Sequence record: OP292222.1
Direction: 5' to 3' (one strand)
Length of the DNA stretch: 64,000 nucleotides
From: Escherichia phage Esco_phi_B-01
The position numbers and the translations under genes were made by a program. Positions 1-11,590 of the stretch are shown piece by piece. The notes under the pieces were generated by a model, which was not told the origin of the DNA, made no database searches, and was given only the letters and a program-made list of their open reading frames with translations. The first letter of the stretch is position 1. Every line of letters begins with the position of its first letter.

Positions 1-1242
1 CCAAGTATCTGTTTCTACATCCAACCAATAGACACCTTTAGATTCAGAATCAATTACGTTAGCCTCTACTGTAGGGTCCATTTTTTCTTCTTTAACTTCG
101 CCTGTAATTAAAGCAAACGTATGCCCTTGGATAGAATCTAATTTATAGCAAACAGCTTTAGGGTTCCCTGTGATAGTTGAATATCCGCTTTCAAATATCT
201 TCTCGCCGTAAGTTGGTGAGCTAGGGTCAGTGTCTATAGGGGCCTCGGATGTTTTTGCTTTATAAACTCTGTCTCTACCCGCAACATAAATGAAATCGTC
301 AGAAGCACACATAGCTTCGGCAATAGTGGAAATAGGCAGTGGGAGTTTTGCATATGACCCAAATATTTCTATTTCAAACGGAAGGTCGATATCACTACCG
401 ATTTTAGCAAATGTTACATCCTGAGAACTAAAGCGAACGTCATCAGCGGACCATCTAATATCACTTGATTTACGCCCGTAAAATATTTGGTCGTAACCTA
501 GTACGTATGTAGTAGTTTCTGTTTGGTAATGCGCCGTTCTAGATACTGGATTACCTACTCTATCGTTAAACAATCTAATATAGTGCCAGTTTTGTCCTTT
601 ATCATTAGAAACTTTAGCTGTGCTTTGGAATCTTTCTAAAAGATACAGAACTCCACCAAGTTCCATTAAAATAGAACGTTTAGGGTCTTTACAAACTGCT
701 TGAATGCTTCCTTGGATTTCATGGAATCGGTCGGCTTTTAAAACATAATTTGATATAGATGACAAATGCGAATACGCCGGCGTAAAGTTAAAATCTTCCG
801 TCATTAAGGAAGCCATAATGGCATCAGTATTAAAGTTCACATAATTCTGATTATTTTTTGTGAATTTTTCTTCAATAAATTTATTAGACAATGTGAATTC
901 GCGCATATGCTCAAATGTATATGCGTTGGTAGAGAAAGTTTCAAATTCTTCAGTGTAAACCCACTCAGACTGCTCAAACCCTTGAGCAGCTACCGCAACT
1001 CGCATTTTATAAAATGAATTAGGAGAAATGAATGCCTCTTCAAACCATTCGTTATTAGGGGTGTAACCTAAATTTCTCCAAAATAATCTATCGTCGGGAA
1101 TTTCTACACCCGCATCCTTCGTTTGGGCCAGTTCTACGAAATAATAGAAGTTGGCGCCTACGTCATCCCAAAGAATGCTCACATGGTTAGCCGAGAGCTT
1201 ATCAATTCTCAGACTAGTAACATAAGGCGCTTGTACAGACAT
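1..1242 (-). CDS. 7: baseplate wedge protein gp7, N-terminal part (gene runs past window start)
   Basis: minus-strand ATG at 1240-1242, frame open to position 1; N-terminus MSVQAPYVTSLRIDKLSAN resembles T4 gp7; synteny 53-5-6-7. Confidence 0.75.
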   Translation of the reverse strand, partial: MSVQAPYVTSLRIDKLSANHVSILWDDVGANFYYFVELAQTKDAGVEIPDDRLFWRNLGYTPNNEWFEEAFISPNSFYKMRVAVAAQGFEQSEWVYTEEFETFSTNAYTFEHMREFTLSNKFIEEKFTKNNQNYVNFNTDAIMASLMTEDFNFTPAYSHLSSISNYVLKADRFHEIQGSIQAVCKDPKRSILMELGGVLYLLERFQSTAKVSNDKGQNWHYIRLFNDRVGNPVSRTAHYQTETTTYVLGYDQIFYGRKSSDIRWSADDVRFSSQDVTFAKIGSDIDLPFEIEIFGSYAKLPLPISTIAEAMCASDDFIYVAGRDRVYKAKTSEAPIDTDPSSPTYGEKIFESGYSTITGNPKAVCYKLDSIQGHTFALITGEVKEEKMDPTVEANVIDSESKGVYWLDVETDTW

Positions 1243-1269
1243 TAAATCTCCTTAAACCTCCGAAGAGGC

Positions 1270-3228
1270 TTATATTGTAATTGGTTCCAACTCTATAGTT
1301 GTGTACTGAGGACGAAGGTCATCTTCAAATACGATTAAAGAACCGTCTTTGGTAAAGATGTTGTCTTGGTCTGGTCCTGCATAAAGTTCAATAGACTGGA
1401 CTTCAAAACGGTCGGAAGTAAGGCCTATCGCGGCGATATCCCAGAAAATAAAGTCTGAGTAATAATCAATTTCGCCAATAACATAGTAGACCGATTGGTC
1501 TGCAGGAGCTGCCATTTTATCGAAGTCATCTCCGGTATAAGGTTGGATGTATTGGTTTTCAATTACATCACCTGGACGGAAAGGACCTATAACCATTTTA
1601 CCATCGCCTCGTTCGTCTTTATCTGTGGCAACAATACGTACGTTATAAGATTTAATATCATCCGATACGTTTGTTGGGACGAACTCAAATTCACTAGAAG
1701 TTACAGAACGGTTGGTGTATTGATTATAGTATTTAATACCTGCTTCAGGTGTTTTGAAGAAGTTTAATACCTCGCGAACCATTGTTACCGTAGCCGAAGA
1801 GCCAAGGATACTGTGGTCTGCATTATCAATATAAGTCAGCATTTTAGACTTGGCAAATCCATGGTTGAATATTTCAACTTCGTTAATATAATAACGGTCT
1901 ATTTGAGAAAGGATTTGAGCCGTTAGCCATTGTTCGGATTCCTGTAATTTGTTCAGTGCATATGAAACCTTAATTTTATGCTTTAAGAACAAGTAGTCTG
2001 GAGAAATAACCGAAGGAGTAATAGGCGCCAAGTTAAATTCTGAAAGATAATTTTGGATATCTTCACGTTGAACCGCAGTCAAATACAATCCTGATTTAGG
2101 TTTAATAGTAACAAAGGCGTAACCTGGTTTATTTGGGTCCGTAAAGGTTTGTACTGCTTGTACAATAGAACCAAATCGCTCTGAAACGAATGTATCATAA
2201 TCCGTACCAGTTACGGCACGCATCTGGGCTTCGCGTTTAACTACAGCTAGTTCACGAATACGTTCGATATCTTCAGGGTCACCGCCACCATCAGCACCTA
2301 CATAATCCGGATTCCCATCATAGTTTTCTGTAATTTTTTCAACCGTAATATATGCCAAAGAATCCGCATAACTAAAGTCCACTGCGCCGTTAGCAACTTC
2401 ACCATCGGTACGAAGATATTCTATAACAATGGTAGCATCTTTAACAGGTTTTAAACCGCCAATATAATTAGCTTCTAATACACCGCCCGCAACTGATTTT
2501 TCGGCAACGCCTTCACCAAAGAAGAATTCGGTATTACCATCTACGGTTTCACGCATATAGTAAATGGTTGATGTACTACCGGCATGAACCATGGATTTAT
2601 TAGTCCAGTTAGTCCATTCTGCACCATCGACATAAAGTTTAACTTCTTGTCTATCAATATCCGGGTCACGAATAAGAATAGGGGTTTTAGGGTCGTACTT
2701 AAGTTCGGTACGAATAATACGACCTTGTGCTAAAGATACAATAGGGAGATATTGGTTATTAACATCACGTACGGCAATAACGTTTTCCGTGGTAACAAAA
2801 GCATACGGGTCTGCCGAAGTATCACGAGCATAGGCCAAGAATTTAGTACCACGTGGGATACGAATATTCTTTTCATTCAGGGCCTGAGTACAGGTCAACA
2901 TAATACTTGTTTTTGCCGCGGATTTGGAACTAGGAAGGTATCCGTTATCTTGTGCAGCCTGGACAACCGAAGAACGAAGGTTTGCCGTTCCTATAAAAGA
3001 CTCGTATAAAGCTGTGTTAGCAAATTGCTGTATATAAAGAGTATTATAAGCAAGCATATCAATAAGGATATTCATTCGAGAACCAACGAAATCATAATCC
3101 TTAAATTCTTCCTGGCTGGAAAGCCAATCGATAATATTCTTTTTAATTTCTTCAAACGTAGCTCCCACAAATACTTTTGGGATAGCGTTAACGGTTCTTG
3201 TTAATTGGTAATTCGTAGGAGTAGCCAT
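1270..3228 (-). CDS. 6: baseplate wedge protein gp6
   Basis: 652 aa ORF (T4 gp6 about 660 aa); position between 5.4 and 7. Confidence 0.85.
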   Translation of the reverse strand: MATPTNYQLTRTVNAIPKVFVGATFEEIKKNIIDWLSSQEEFKDYDFVGSRMNILIDMLAYNTLYIQQFANTALYESFIGTANLRSSVVQAAQDNGYLPSSKSAAKTSIMLTCTQALNEKNIRIPRGTKFLAYARDTSADPYAFVTTENVIAVRDVNNQYLPIVSLAQGRIIRTELKYDPKTPILIRDPDIDRQEVKLYVDGAEWTNWTNKSMVHAGSTSTIYYMRETVDGNTEFFFGEGVAEKSVAGGVLEANYIGGLKPVKDATIVIEYLRTDGEVANGAVDFSYADSLAYITVEKITENYDGNPDYVGADGGGDPEDIERIRELAVVKREAQMRAVTGTDYDTFVSERFGSIVQAVQTFTDPNKPGYAFVTIKPKSGLYLTAVQREDIQNYLSEFNLAPITPSVISPDYLFLKHKIKVSYALNKLQESEQWLTAQILSQIDRYYINEVEIFNHGFAKSKMLTYIDNADHSILGSSATVTMVREVLNFFKTPEAGIKYYNQYTNRSVTSSEFEFVPTNVSDDIKSYNVRIVATDKDERGDGKMVIGPFRPGDVIENQYIQPYTGDDFDKMAAPADQSVYYVIGEIDYYSDFIFWDIAAIGLTSDRFEVQSIELYAGPDQDNIFTKDGSLIVFEDDLRPQYTTIELEPITI

Positions 3229-3236
3229 TTTAATTC

Positions 3237-3530
3237 CTATTTTATGAATACTTTAGATGAGGCTTGTGCGACTGTATCTCCGCACGAAATAGGGTCTGCC
3301 ATTTGGACAGCCTTTTTGCCTGTAACATATACCTTTGATGTTCTAGGTTGGGTTACCCCACCGTGGGTTTTATATGGTTTTTTAATTTCTGTATGAGGAG
3401 TTATTGGGTCCCCATCGACTAATACAGGAATGCCGCCTGTAAATACTTTACCCTGGGTGGCATTTATTACTGTAGGAGGCCATGCTTCATGACCTGCTGT
3501 TACGCATTGATTATAACTTAAGCCCGACAT
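3237..3530 (-). CDS. 5.4: PAAR-repeat spike tip protein gp5.4
   Basis: 97 aa, same size and position as T4 gp5.4. Confidence 0.75.
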   Translation of the reverse strand: MSGLSYNQCVTAGHEAWPPTVINATQGKVFTGGIPVLVDGDPITPHTEIKKPYKTHGGVTQPRTSKVYVTGKKAVQMADPISCGDTVAQASSKVFIK

Positions 3531-4111
3531 TATGGCCTCGCATATACATATTCTCTGAGTTGATTAGCCCATTTACTCCAATTACCCACTATAACCTTGG
3601 TATAAACCTTAGTAAGAGTTTTTCTTACCGGTGCTGGAGGAGGGTCGGTTTCGTTACCGGCTCTAGAATTACTTCCTCCTGAGTTCCCTGTATCACCTCC
3701 TGATGACTCTTCCTGAAAGTCATAGATTAATGTGACGGTATAGGAAAAAGTCTTCTGAAGATTACCAGGGGCTTTCCAGAGGTATAATTGAGTGCTCTTG
3801 TCCTCTGGTAAATCTTTCCATGAACCTGCTGTTTTAAATTCATCACCTAATCGATATTTTAACGCATCTTCAGAAAATCCGAATACCGATTCATAGGTTC
3901 CGTATAAACGAGCCCCATCGACAATAATGCCTTCTGTTGGCTCATATTCTGTTATATTTATTTCAACTAATGTTTCGTTTGTTTCTAATTGAGCGGTAAA
4001 CGTAACATCGATTGAGGCTCCTTCCATGGAGTCTCCTAAATCTGTGCTCATAGGTAAAATATTAGCCAATGTCAATCCTCGAACCATCAATAGTATATTG
4101 ACCGGACGCAA
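3530..4111 (-). CDS. hypothetical protein at the gene 5.1 position; true start probably internal (about 4027-4051)
   Basis: ORF between gp5 and gp5.4; the 5' end overlaps the gp5 C-terminus, so an internal Met is the likely start. Confidence 0.5.
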   Translation of the reverse strand: MRPVNILLMVRGLTLANILPMSTDLGDSMEGASIDVTFTAQLETNETLVEINITEYEPTEGIIVDGARLYGTYESVFGFSEDALKYRLGDEFKTAGSWKDLPEDKSTQLYLWKAPGNLQKTFSYTVTLIYDFQEESSGGDTGNSGGSNSRAGNETDPPPAPVRKTLTKVYTKVIVGNWSKWANQLREYVYARP

Positions 4112-5804
4112 TAGAACTCATAGTCGACATAGTTTCAGACCAATTACCCGCAACGGTCATATCGACGTTTCCGTTTACCGACCACTTAACATTTCCATTT
4201 ACTGTATAATCATGGTTGCCTTCGACTAAGGTTTTTGCATCACCTTTAACAGTTATATCGGCATTGCCTTCAACAATAACCGTAACATTTCCTTTAACAA
4301 TAAGGGTCCCGTCGCCTTCTACCGTTTTGGTTTCATTACCACGAATATGGATGCTTTCAGAACCGTCGGTTTGACGACGAACGTTTGCCATATTATAATA
4401 GGTTTCATCGCCACCTATATTGACTTTATTATTACCACCAACATAAGTATTAGAATCGCCTTGGGTCATATAATACCCGTCGGCTACTGTCTTAGAAGTT
4501 TTACGTCCGTCAGGAGCGACTTCTTCGTAACTACCTGTAGGGTGGATTAATCGGTAACGTTCTTGCCCTGGGGTGTTATCGAATTCTTGGATATGCCCAC
4601 CTTCAGTTTGCATGGTTTGGACATATGGGTATTCGCCTTTATAACTAGAATCCGGCTCTTTAAAAAGAATCCTTGTATCTTCCGGAGTCCACGGGTCGGC
4701 AGGGTCAGAATTTGTAGGGGCTGCAAAGGTTTGAATCATCCTATAAGAACGGCCATTAAATTCTCTTTCTTTAGGGGCCATAATACCGTATGATTCCATA
4801 TTACCTGTAAGGATAATCATTGATACCCTTGATGCTCGGCCTTTAGTTTGGTTGAACCATACTGAATTGCGAGCTTCCTCAAATGCCTTTTTATAATCAC
4901 CTATTAGCATTGCACTGAGCATACCACGGAATTTAGCAAGCCCACCTAAACCCATTTGGAAGGCCATGTTTTCAAGAGCCATTTGTCTTGAACGGTTTTC
5001 TTTATTGTAAACAGGACCTACAACACTATGCCTGCCTATATCGTTTTGAACTTTTTTAAGGTCTTCTTGGAATAATTTAGAGGCCTCGTCCATTGATATT
5101 GCACCCGGGTTTCCTTTAACTTCACGACCTATTTGATTAGATAATATTTTGTTTATCTGATTCATATCTCTAATAGGTTGTGGTGTAATAAGGTGACCTA
5201 TACCAATAGTAGGGTATCCTTCGGTATCCCAATATACCTTCAGACGAAGACCCTCATCACGATGAAGCATGTTTTCTATTGTGAAATTAGGATTATCATC
5301 AGGCTTAACTTGGCTTAAATCTAATCCATCCGGATTAATACCTACATCAGTGTTTGCATCTTGTATTACGTTAGAAGTGGCATCATATCCAACTTCACCA
5401 CCTCGGTTTAGTGCAGCGGCATCATTACCTAAATAAAGTGGATACTGCCCTGTAGGGTCACTAAAACCTTCGTTTGGATTTGCCTTTTGTTTTGAAGCCG
5501 AACCATATGTGCCGAGGACAAGCCCGTTTAATTTCCACTTATCAAGAAAGTGTCCGTAAACTTGTGTACCTGGGACCATACCAGTCATAGCGGTTTGGAT
5601 ACCTGAAACAGAGGCGGAAGATGTAGGCATTAATACCGACATCCATGGTAAATCTTCTGTACGAAGGCCTTTTACAGGACCTTGTACTTTTTCATATGGA
5701 TGCATACCCCAGACGCGTACGCGTACTCGGCCCTGTTTGAGTGGGTCCATTCGGTCTTCAACTACACCGACGAACCAACTTAAATTATCAGACATGTTAA
5801 TCAT
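4062..5804 (-). CDS. 5: baseplate hub / cell-puncturing protein gp5 with lysozyme domain
   Basis: 580 aa; central segment LRLKVYWDTEGYPTIGIGHLI resembles T4 lysozyme; C-terminal VxGN repeats typical of the gp5 beta-helix. Confidence 0.9.
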   Translation of the reverse strand: MINMSDNLSWFVGVVEDRMDPLKQGRVRVRVWGMHPYEKVQGPVKGLRTEDLPWMSVLMPTSSASVSGIQTAMTGMVPGTQVYGHFLDKWKLNGLVLGTYGSASKQKANPNEGFSDPTGQYPLYLGNDAAALNRGGEVGYDATSNVIQDANTDVGINPDGLDLSQVKPDDNPNFTIENMLHRDEGLRLKVYWDTEGYPTIGIGHLITPQPIRDMNQINKILSNQIGREVKGNPGAISMDEASKLFQEDLKKVQNDIGRHSVVGPVYNKENRSRQMALENMAFQMGLGGLAKFRGMLSAMLIGDYKKAFEEARNSVWFNQTKGRASRVSMIILTGNMESYGIMAPKEREFNGRSYRMIQTFAAPTNSDPADPWTPEDTRILFKEPDSSYKGEYPYVQTMQTEGGHIQEFDNTPGQERYRLIHPTGSYEEVAPDGRKTSKTVADGYYMTQGDSNTYVGGNNKVNIGGDETYYNMANVRRQTDGSESIHIRGNETKTVEGDGTLIVKGNVTVIVEGNADITVKGDAKTLVEGNHDYTVNGNVKWSVNGNVDMTVAGNWSETMSTMSSIASGQYTIDGSRIDIG

Positions 5805-6406
5805 TAGAGGGCTTTCTCCATTTCACGAATAAGAGCAGAAATAAAAGACTCAATATCATTAGGGTCTATAATTTTTATTTCGCGCTTATATTCATTTTTG
5901 CGAATAGCATCCTCGTAAATATCTACTGCGGCCAATGGGCCTTCGTATTGAGGATAACGTTTTTCTGTATCGCCTTTATCATACCAAGTATACGGATTTT
6001 CTGGTGTGTTGACAAGATTCCAGAATTTCTCGCCTTTTTCGTTTACATGGTAAAGGACCTGGTTTCCACCAGCTGTAGAATATCTTTGGATGGCTGCTTG
6101 GTAGGCGGCTTCTTGGCCGGTAATCCATCCATAATACGGGTCGTATATATTATTACACATCAGTAGAACCCAATATAATTGGACATTGCCATAAAGAAGA
6201 TGGGCTAATTCTTCCGGACGCGGGGCTCCATTGATATAATAAGTTTTTAGTGTATAATTTTTAGCCACTCTATCAAAGTATTCTTTATAATTTCTAAATA
6301 TATCAGTCATCGGCACGCTCAATACATCGGCATTTGTTAATGAGCCCGAATCTGGCTTGACTGTTTTTGATTCGTAATCGATAGGATCGAAAAATGAGAA
6401 GAGCAT
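5804..6406 (-). CDS. 53: baseplate wedge protein gp53
   Basis: 200 aa (T4 gp53 196 aa); synteny upstream of gene 5. Confidence 0.75.
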   Translation of the reverse strand: MLFSFFDPIDYESKTVKPDSGSLTNADVLSVPMTDIFRNYKEYFDRVAKNYTLKTYYINGAPRPEELAHLLYGNVQLYWVLLMCNNIYDPYYGWITGQEAAYQAAIQRYSTAGGNQVLYHVNEKGEKFWNLVNTPENPYTWYDKGDTEKRYPQYEGPLAAVDIYEDAIRKNEYKREIKIIDPNDIESFISALIREMEKAL

Positions 6407-6418
6407 AGGGCCTCCGAG

Positions 6419-6426
6419 TATAAATA
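6419..6426 (+). promoter_or_regulatory. late promoter TATAAATA for gene 4
   Basis: exact T4 late consensus TATAAATA about 27 nt upstream of the gene 4 ATG; RBS AAGGAGG at 6441-6447. Confidence 0.6.
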
Positions 6427-6433
6427 ATATTAA

Positions 6434-6441
6434 TATTTATA
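6434..6441 (-). promoter_or_regulatory. late promoter TATAAATA (minus strand) for gene 53 operon
   Basis: plus-strand TATTTATA is TATAAATA on the minus strand, 28 nt upstream of the gp53 start. Confidence 0.55.
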
Positions 6442-6452
6442 AGGAGGCAACT

Positions 6453-6902
6453 ATGGCTTACTCAGGGAAATTTAAACCTACCAACTTACAAAAATATAAA
6501 GGTGACTGGAAGAAAATCCAATATCGTTCCTCATGGGAAGCATGGCTCATGCGTTGGCTTGACAACCATCCTAACGTAGTCCAATGGAACTCTGAAGAGG
6601 TAGTTATTCCGTATTTTAGTAATGCAGATGGAAAGAAACGTCGATATTTTATGGACTTCTGGGTTAAGTTTGATAATGGCCAACAATTCTTTTTTGAAGT
6701 CAAACCTTTTAAAGAAACCCATCCTCCAGCGGCTCCTGCTAAAATGACTACAGCTGCTAAAAAAAGATATATCAACGAACATTATACATGGAGTGTAAAT
6801 AAAGATAAATGGAAAGCTGCTAAAGCTACAGCAGATAAAATGGGAATCAATTTTAGATTGATAACTGAAAACTCACTGAAAAAATTAGGATGGAAAGGAT
6901 GA
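6453..6902 (+). CDS. 4: head completion protein gp4
   Basis: 149 aa (T4 gp4 150 aa); synteny. Confidence 0.8.
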   Translation: MAYSGKFKPTNLQKYKGDWKKIQYRSSWEAWLMRWLDNHPNVVQWNSEEVVIPYFSNADGKKRRYFMDFWVKFDNGQQFFFEVKPFKETHPPAAPAKMTTAAKKRYINEHYTWSVNKDKWKAAKATADKMGINFRLITENSLKKLGWKG

Positions 6903-7726
6903 GTATATTTTCCTACATCAATGAGGCTACTGAAACCACAAAAGGTTCTAAGCCTACTCGTTCAGAACAACAATGGATAGCTTTAGGTGTTGAATATGCC
7001 AAAGCTAAGGCCAAAGGTGTCTCGGCTAAGAAATTCGCTGAAGATAAAGGCATTAAGTATTCTAGCTTTACATCTGCGATGTCTCGATACTCGAGTCGAA
7101 TTAAAACTGCTGTACAGGTCGAAAAACTCCAGAAGAAACCTGGCAATAAATTGACCAAAGCCGAACGCCAATTAATTTTGGTGAATAGTTTTAGAAAGAG
7201 TATTCGTGATAAGATTGCTAACGAAGGCGCTGCTGTAAACAATAAATCAGCTAAATGGTTTACAGAAACATTAAAGAAAGGAATTCGTGGACACCAGGTA
7301 TCTAAACCATCTCCTGGCAAGCTTTATGCTTATATCTATGATGCTAAACACAAGGACACATTACCCTACTGGGACAAATATCCTTTAATCATTTATCTTG
7401 GACTTGGTAAGCATAATCTGATGTACGGGTTGAACTTACACTATATTCCGCCTAAAGCGCGCCAACAATTTCTAGAAGAATTGCTGAAGCAATACGCGAG
7501 TACGCCTACCATTACAAACTCGACTAAATTAAAAATCGATTGGAGTAAGGTAAAAGGATTCGCTGGCGCCGACGTGATGATTAAGGCTTATATCCCTGGA
7601 AATATCAAGGGTCCTTTAGTAGAGATAAAACCTTCTGATTGGGCTAATGTCGTAATGATGCCTCTCCAGCAGTTCATGTCTAAAGGTAAGCGTTACTCAG
7701 CTCAGAAAGTATGGAAGAACGCATAA
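6890..7726 (+). CDS. 2: DNA end protector protein gp2 (alternative start 6899)
   Basis: 278 aa (T4 gp2 274 aa); overlaps gene 4 stop. Confidence 0.75.
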   Translation: MERMSIFSYINEATETTKGSKPTRSEQQWIALGVEYAKAKAKGVSAKKFAEDKGIKYSSFTSAMSRYSSRIKTAVQVEKLQKKPGNKLTKAERQLILVNSFRKSIRDKIANEGAAVNNKSAKWFTETLKKGIRGHQVSKPSPGKLYAYIYDAKHKDTLPYWDKYPLIIYLGLGKHNLMYGLNLHYIPPKARQQFLEELLKQYASTPTITNSTKLKIDWSKVKGFAGADVMIKAYIPGNIKGPLVEIKPSDWANVVMMPLQQFMSKGKRYSAQKVWKNA

Positions 7727-7811
7727 TAATCTATTATACCAGCCAGTTATTGAATGGAACAGACCTAGGACCATTATACACTGTCTGGGACTTAAGCAAT
7801 ATAGGAATCCT

Positions 7812-8402
7812 ATGAACGGTTTATTTAACCAAACTAACACTACCAACTTTATCTTAGAGGTTAGTGACTCAGGAATGACGCAGTCATTCAAATTGAACGT
7901 GCAAGATGTAACACTACCAGGTATCCATATTCCTATCTCAGACGTCCCAGGATCGACCCAGGGCATACATCGTGCTAAACTGCCAGGTTCTACTGTAGAA
8001 TTCGACCCTTTGATTGTGAACTTTCTTGTAGACCGCGAATTGAAATCATGGCTGGATGTTTATAAATGGATGCTATCATTAAACAACTATGTAACACATG
8101 AATCTGAAGCCTGGCATCCTAAAGGTCAGCCTGAGGCTATCACCCTCCACATTCTTGATAACAACAAACAGAAAATCGTAATGAGCATTCATTACTACGG
8201 CGGTTGGCCATCCGACCTTTCAGAGATTCAGTACTCTTATAAAGAAGATTCCGACCCTGCGATAATCGCTACAGCAACCTTCAACTTCAAATCGTTTGCT
8301 GTAGAAATAGATGGTACAATAGTTACAGGTCGTCCACAAATTGATTCGTATGCCGAACAACGTGTGGCTCGTATGTCTATGCATCCATCTATGAGAAAAT
8401 AA
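7812..8402 (+). CDS. 3: tail completion / sheath stabilizer gp3
   Basis: 196 aa ORF between gene 2 and gene 1, as in T4. Confidence 0.65.
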   Translation: MNGLFNQTNTTNFILEVSDSGMTQSFKLNVQDVTLPGIHIPISDVPGSTQGIHRAKLPGSTVEFDPLIVNFLVDRELKSWLDVYKWMLSLNNYVTHESEAWHPKGQPEAITLHILDNNKQKIVMSIHYYGGWPSDLSEIQYSYKEDSDPAIIATATFNFKSFAVEIDGTIVTGRPQIDSYAEQRVARMSMHPSMRK

Positions 8403-9155
8403 TGAAACTAATATCAATTGTAGGAATCAAACGTAGCGGTAAGGATACCGTTGCTAACTATGTAATTGAGAATATGGATTCCGTAAAATTCCAACTCGCT
8501 GGTCCTATTAAAAAGTATCTGGCTGAAGCTTATGAATACATATCTGATGACCCTGTATTCGACCGTAGTTATATGCCTAAACTTGATTTTAACTGTTTTG
8601 AAGGTATCGGTTACGACCGTGAAGAAATCCTTCCTTTAAAATCATATGATGTGGTTGATATTTTTGAAAATGCTATTGTTAAGCTGAATAATATCCTTCC
8701 TATTCCAGGAATTGATGTTCGTACCGCATATCATTATGGTCTTACCCCGGTCCAGTATCTGTCTGAAGAAACAAAAGACCAGCTATTTGAAGTAATAAAT
8801 AAAAATAACAATTGGTCAGTACGTCGTCTCATGCAGACCCTTGGGACTGATATTATTGTTAACCAATTTGATAAGATGTATTGGGTTAAGTTGTTCGCTT
8901 TAGACTATTTTGATAAAATATACTCTGATGCGAAATACTATGTCGTACCTGATGTTCGTCAAACACATGAAATTGATTCGCTCAGAGCGATGGGTGCTAC
9001 GATTATTCATGTAGTTCGCGCTGAAACCGGTCAAGTACAAGACTCGCACATCACTGAAGCGGGTCTACCAATTTTACCTGGTGACGTTGTTGTTGAAAAT
9101 AACGGCACTCTTTCTGAACTATACACTACTATTGATAAATTATTAGGAAATAAAA

Positions 9156-9163
<8 letters not shown>
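8402..9163 (+). CDS. 1: dNMP kinase gp1
   Basis: P-loop GIKRSGKDT; C-terminal block WSVRRLMQTLGTDIIVNQFDKMYWVKLFALDY closely matches T4 gp1. Confidence 0.85.
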
Positions 9164-10062
<899 letters not shown>

Positions 10063-10080
10063 TTTAAACTAAGGAACAAA

Positions 10081-10335
10081 ATGAAAACTTACTCTGAATT
10101 TTCTGAAAAATCTCTAACTGAATCCTCACATGGTATGGAAGTAAAACTTGGTACGGCTTTGGCTGAAGCCGAACGTTTGTTCGCGCGTATTAAAGAACTT
10201 GCTGATTCTGTTGACCCGGGTTCCTTTAAAGGTGACCAGACTAAAGTTAAAGCTCTTTTGGCTCTGTGTTCTGATGCCGGTGAAATTGCTAAGAATGGCT
10301 CTAAGATGAAGAAACGTCTGGAAGACCTAAAATAA
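10081..10335 (+). CDS. internal-protein-like small protein with capsid targeting sequence
   Basis: N-terminus MKTYSEFSEKSLTE. Confidence 0.55.
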   Translation: MKTYSEFSEKSLTESSHGMEVKLGTALAEAERLFARIKELADSVDPGSFKGDQTKVKALLALCSDAGEIAKNGSKMKKRLEDLK

Positions 10336-10347
10336 TTTAAAAAAGAT

Positions 10348-10395
10348 GTTTACAAGGTCTATAGGCATGATACTATAGACCTATCAAAACAAACT
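10348..10395 (+). promoter_or_regulatory. PeSL early promoter cassette
   Basis: GTTTAC 10348-10353, 17-nt spacer, TACTAT 10371-10376; inverted repeat GGTCTATAG/CTATAGACC. Confidence 0.65.
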
Positions 10396-10413
10396 AACCA
10401 CATGGAACCCAAA

Positions 10414-10638
10414 ATGAAAACTTATCAAGAATTTATTACAGAAGCTAAAAAGCACGAAGACCAGCTGCCGGTTGTTACAAAAACCTTTGATGGTACACTG
10501 GCCGATTTTAAAAAAATCCCTAGTGATAAACTTGCTAAATTGACCGGAAGCATCAGCGAAAAAGATGGCAAGGTTACGTTTTCTGCCCAAGGCACCGCCA
10601 ATCTTAAAAAACTTTTGAAAGCCGCTGGTGCAGAATAA
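10414..10638 (+). CDS. internal-protein-like small protein with capsid targeting sequence
   Basis: MKTYQEFITEAKK at the second in-frame ATG. Confidence 0.6.
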   Translation: MKTYQEFITEAKKHEDQLPVVTKTFDGTLADFKKIPSDKLAKLTGSISEKDGKVTFSAQGTANLKKLLKAAGAE

Positions 10639-10646
10639 AAATAATT

Positions 10647-10695
10647 GTTTACAACGGGCCTTAGTGATGATACTATAGCCCTATCAAAACAAATG
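10647..10695 (+). promoter_or_regulatory. PeSL early promoter cassette
   Basis: GTTTAC 10647-10652, TACTAT 10671-10676, followed by CTATCAAAACAAA as in the other copies. Confidence 0.6.
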
Positions 10696-10712
10696 AGTGA
10701 TTGGAGAATAAA

Positions 10713-10898
10713 ATGAAACGATGCGAATTAATTAGAAATGTTACTGCACTGGCCGCCGTTACTGCTTTTGGCTTTAGTATGTTTGCAGGATTCATGTTGG
10801 ATTTGCTTACAACTTCCGAGAATACAATCTCTTTAGTAGTGGCATTCTTAATTGGTTCAATCTCTTTCGTTATGGATAAAATCTCTAAAGGTGAATAA
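10713..10898 (+). CDS. small membrane protein (hypothetical)
   Basis: ATG 7 nt after GGAG in the PeSL 3' arm; two hydrophobic segments. Confidence 0.45.
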   Translation: MKRCELIRNVTALAAVTAFGFSMFAGFMLDLLTTSENTISLVVAFLIGSISFVMDKISKGE

Positions 10899-11299
10899 TG
10901 AACGTTGAATATTATGTATATGCGGATTACGAAAATAATCCGTCTAAAGATGAAGATAACCGTTTAGGTGTGGATGCTTTTGAATCCCCTGCAGCGGCAT
11001 GGCAATGGGTTGAAAGAACTGATATTCCTTACCGTTATATTGAAGTGGTCGACCACGCAGGAAACAAGTATCCAAAGGAAGCCTATATCCCTTCTGGGAA
11101 GGTAAATTTCCTTTTGTTCGCGGGTGATAATTATTATCCACGTGGCGGGTATACCGATTTAATCGCTAAGGCATTTTCTGAAGACGAACTACGTAATATC
11201 ATTAAAGAAAACGAGAATAAGCCTCTTTACGGTTCTAATCGTTTTGGCTGGTGGCAGATTGTTAATGCCAATACCCACACTATTGTAGACGAGGGTTAA
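10898..11299 (+). CDS. hypothetical protein
   Basis: 133 aa ORF, ATGA overlap with upstream gene. Confidence 0.5.
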   Translation: MNVEYYVYADYENNPSKDEDNRLGVDAFESPAAAWQWVERTDIPYRYIEVVDHAGNKYPKEAYIPSGKVNFLLFAGDNYYPRGGYTDLIAKAFSEDELRNIIKENENKPLYGSNRFGWWQIVNANTHTIVDEG

Positions 11300-11590
11300 A
11301 TGTTATACGTTAAGGTTACTAATCCAGAGAATGGCTATAAATCCGATCAGGTTGCAGCTGAGTTGTTGATTCGAAATTACGGCAAAGATGCTGTGCTTGA
11401 TGTTCAACAGGTTAATATTGGCCGTAGTTCAAGCGATGTTAAACTCAAAGTTAACAGCCAACGCTATAATTCTGTTAACTTTACTTTTTATACGGCAAAT
11501 GAAAATGGGTTGGTCGAATATGACATCTTTAAAAATCCTTTGAAAATTGCTTCTATTAAACTTGATTACATTAATATGTGGCCACAATGA
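11300..11590 (+). CDS. hypothetical protein
   Basis: 96 aa ORF, tight packing. Confidence 0.5.
   Translation: MLYVKVTNPENGYKSDQVAAELLIRNYGKDAVLDVQQVNIGRSSSDVKLKVNSQRYNSVNFTFYTANENGLVEYDIFKNPLKIASIKLDYINMWPQ

Noticed and set aside
1495-3009. Plus-strand ORFs 1495-1767 and 2752-3009 inside gene 6
   Set aside because: Antisense to a strongly supported conserved structural gene, no RBS, Cys/Phe-rich translations typical of spurious reverse-frame ORFs.
4026-4793. Plus-strand ORFs 4026-4229, 4347-4550 and 4563-4793 inside gene 5
   Set aside because: Antisense to gp5; no start context; low-complexity translations.
6458-7320. Minus-strand ORFs 6458-6775, 6531-6782, 6913-7320 and 6983-7171 inside genes 4 and 2
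   Set aside because: Antisense to conserved virion genes; no promoter or RBS support.
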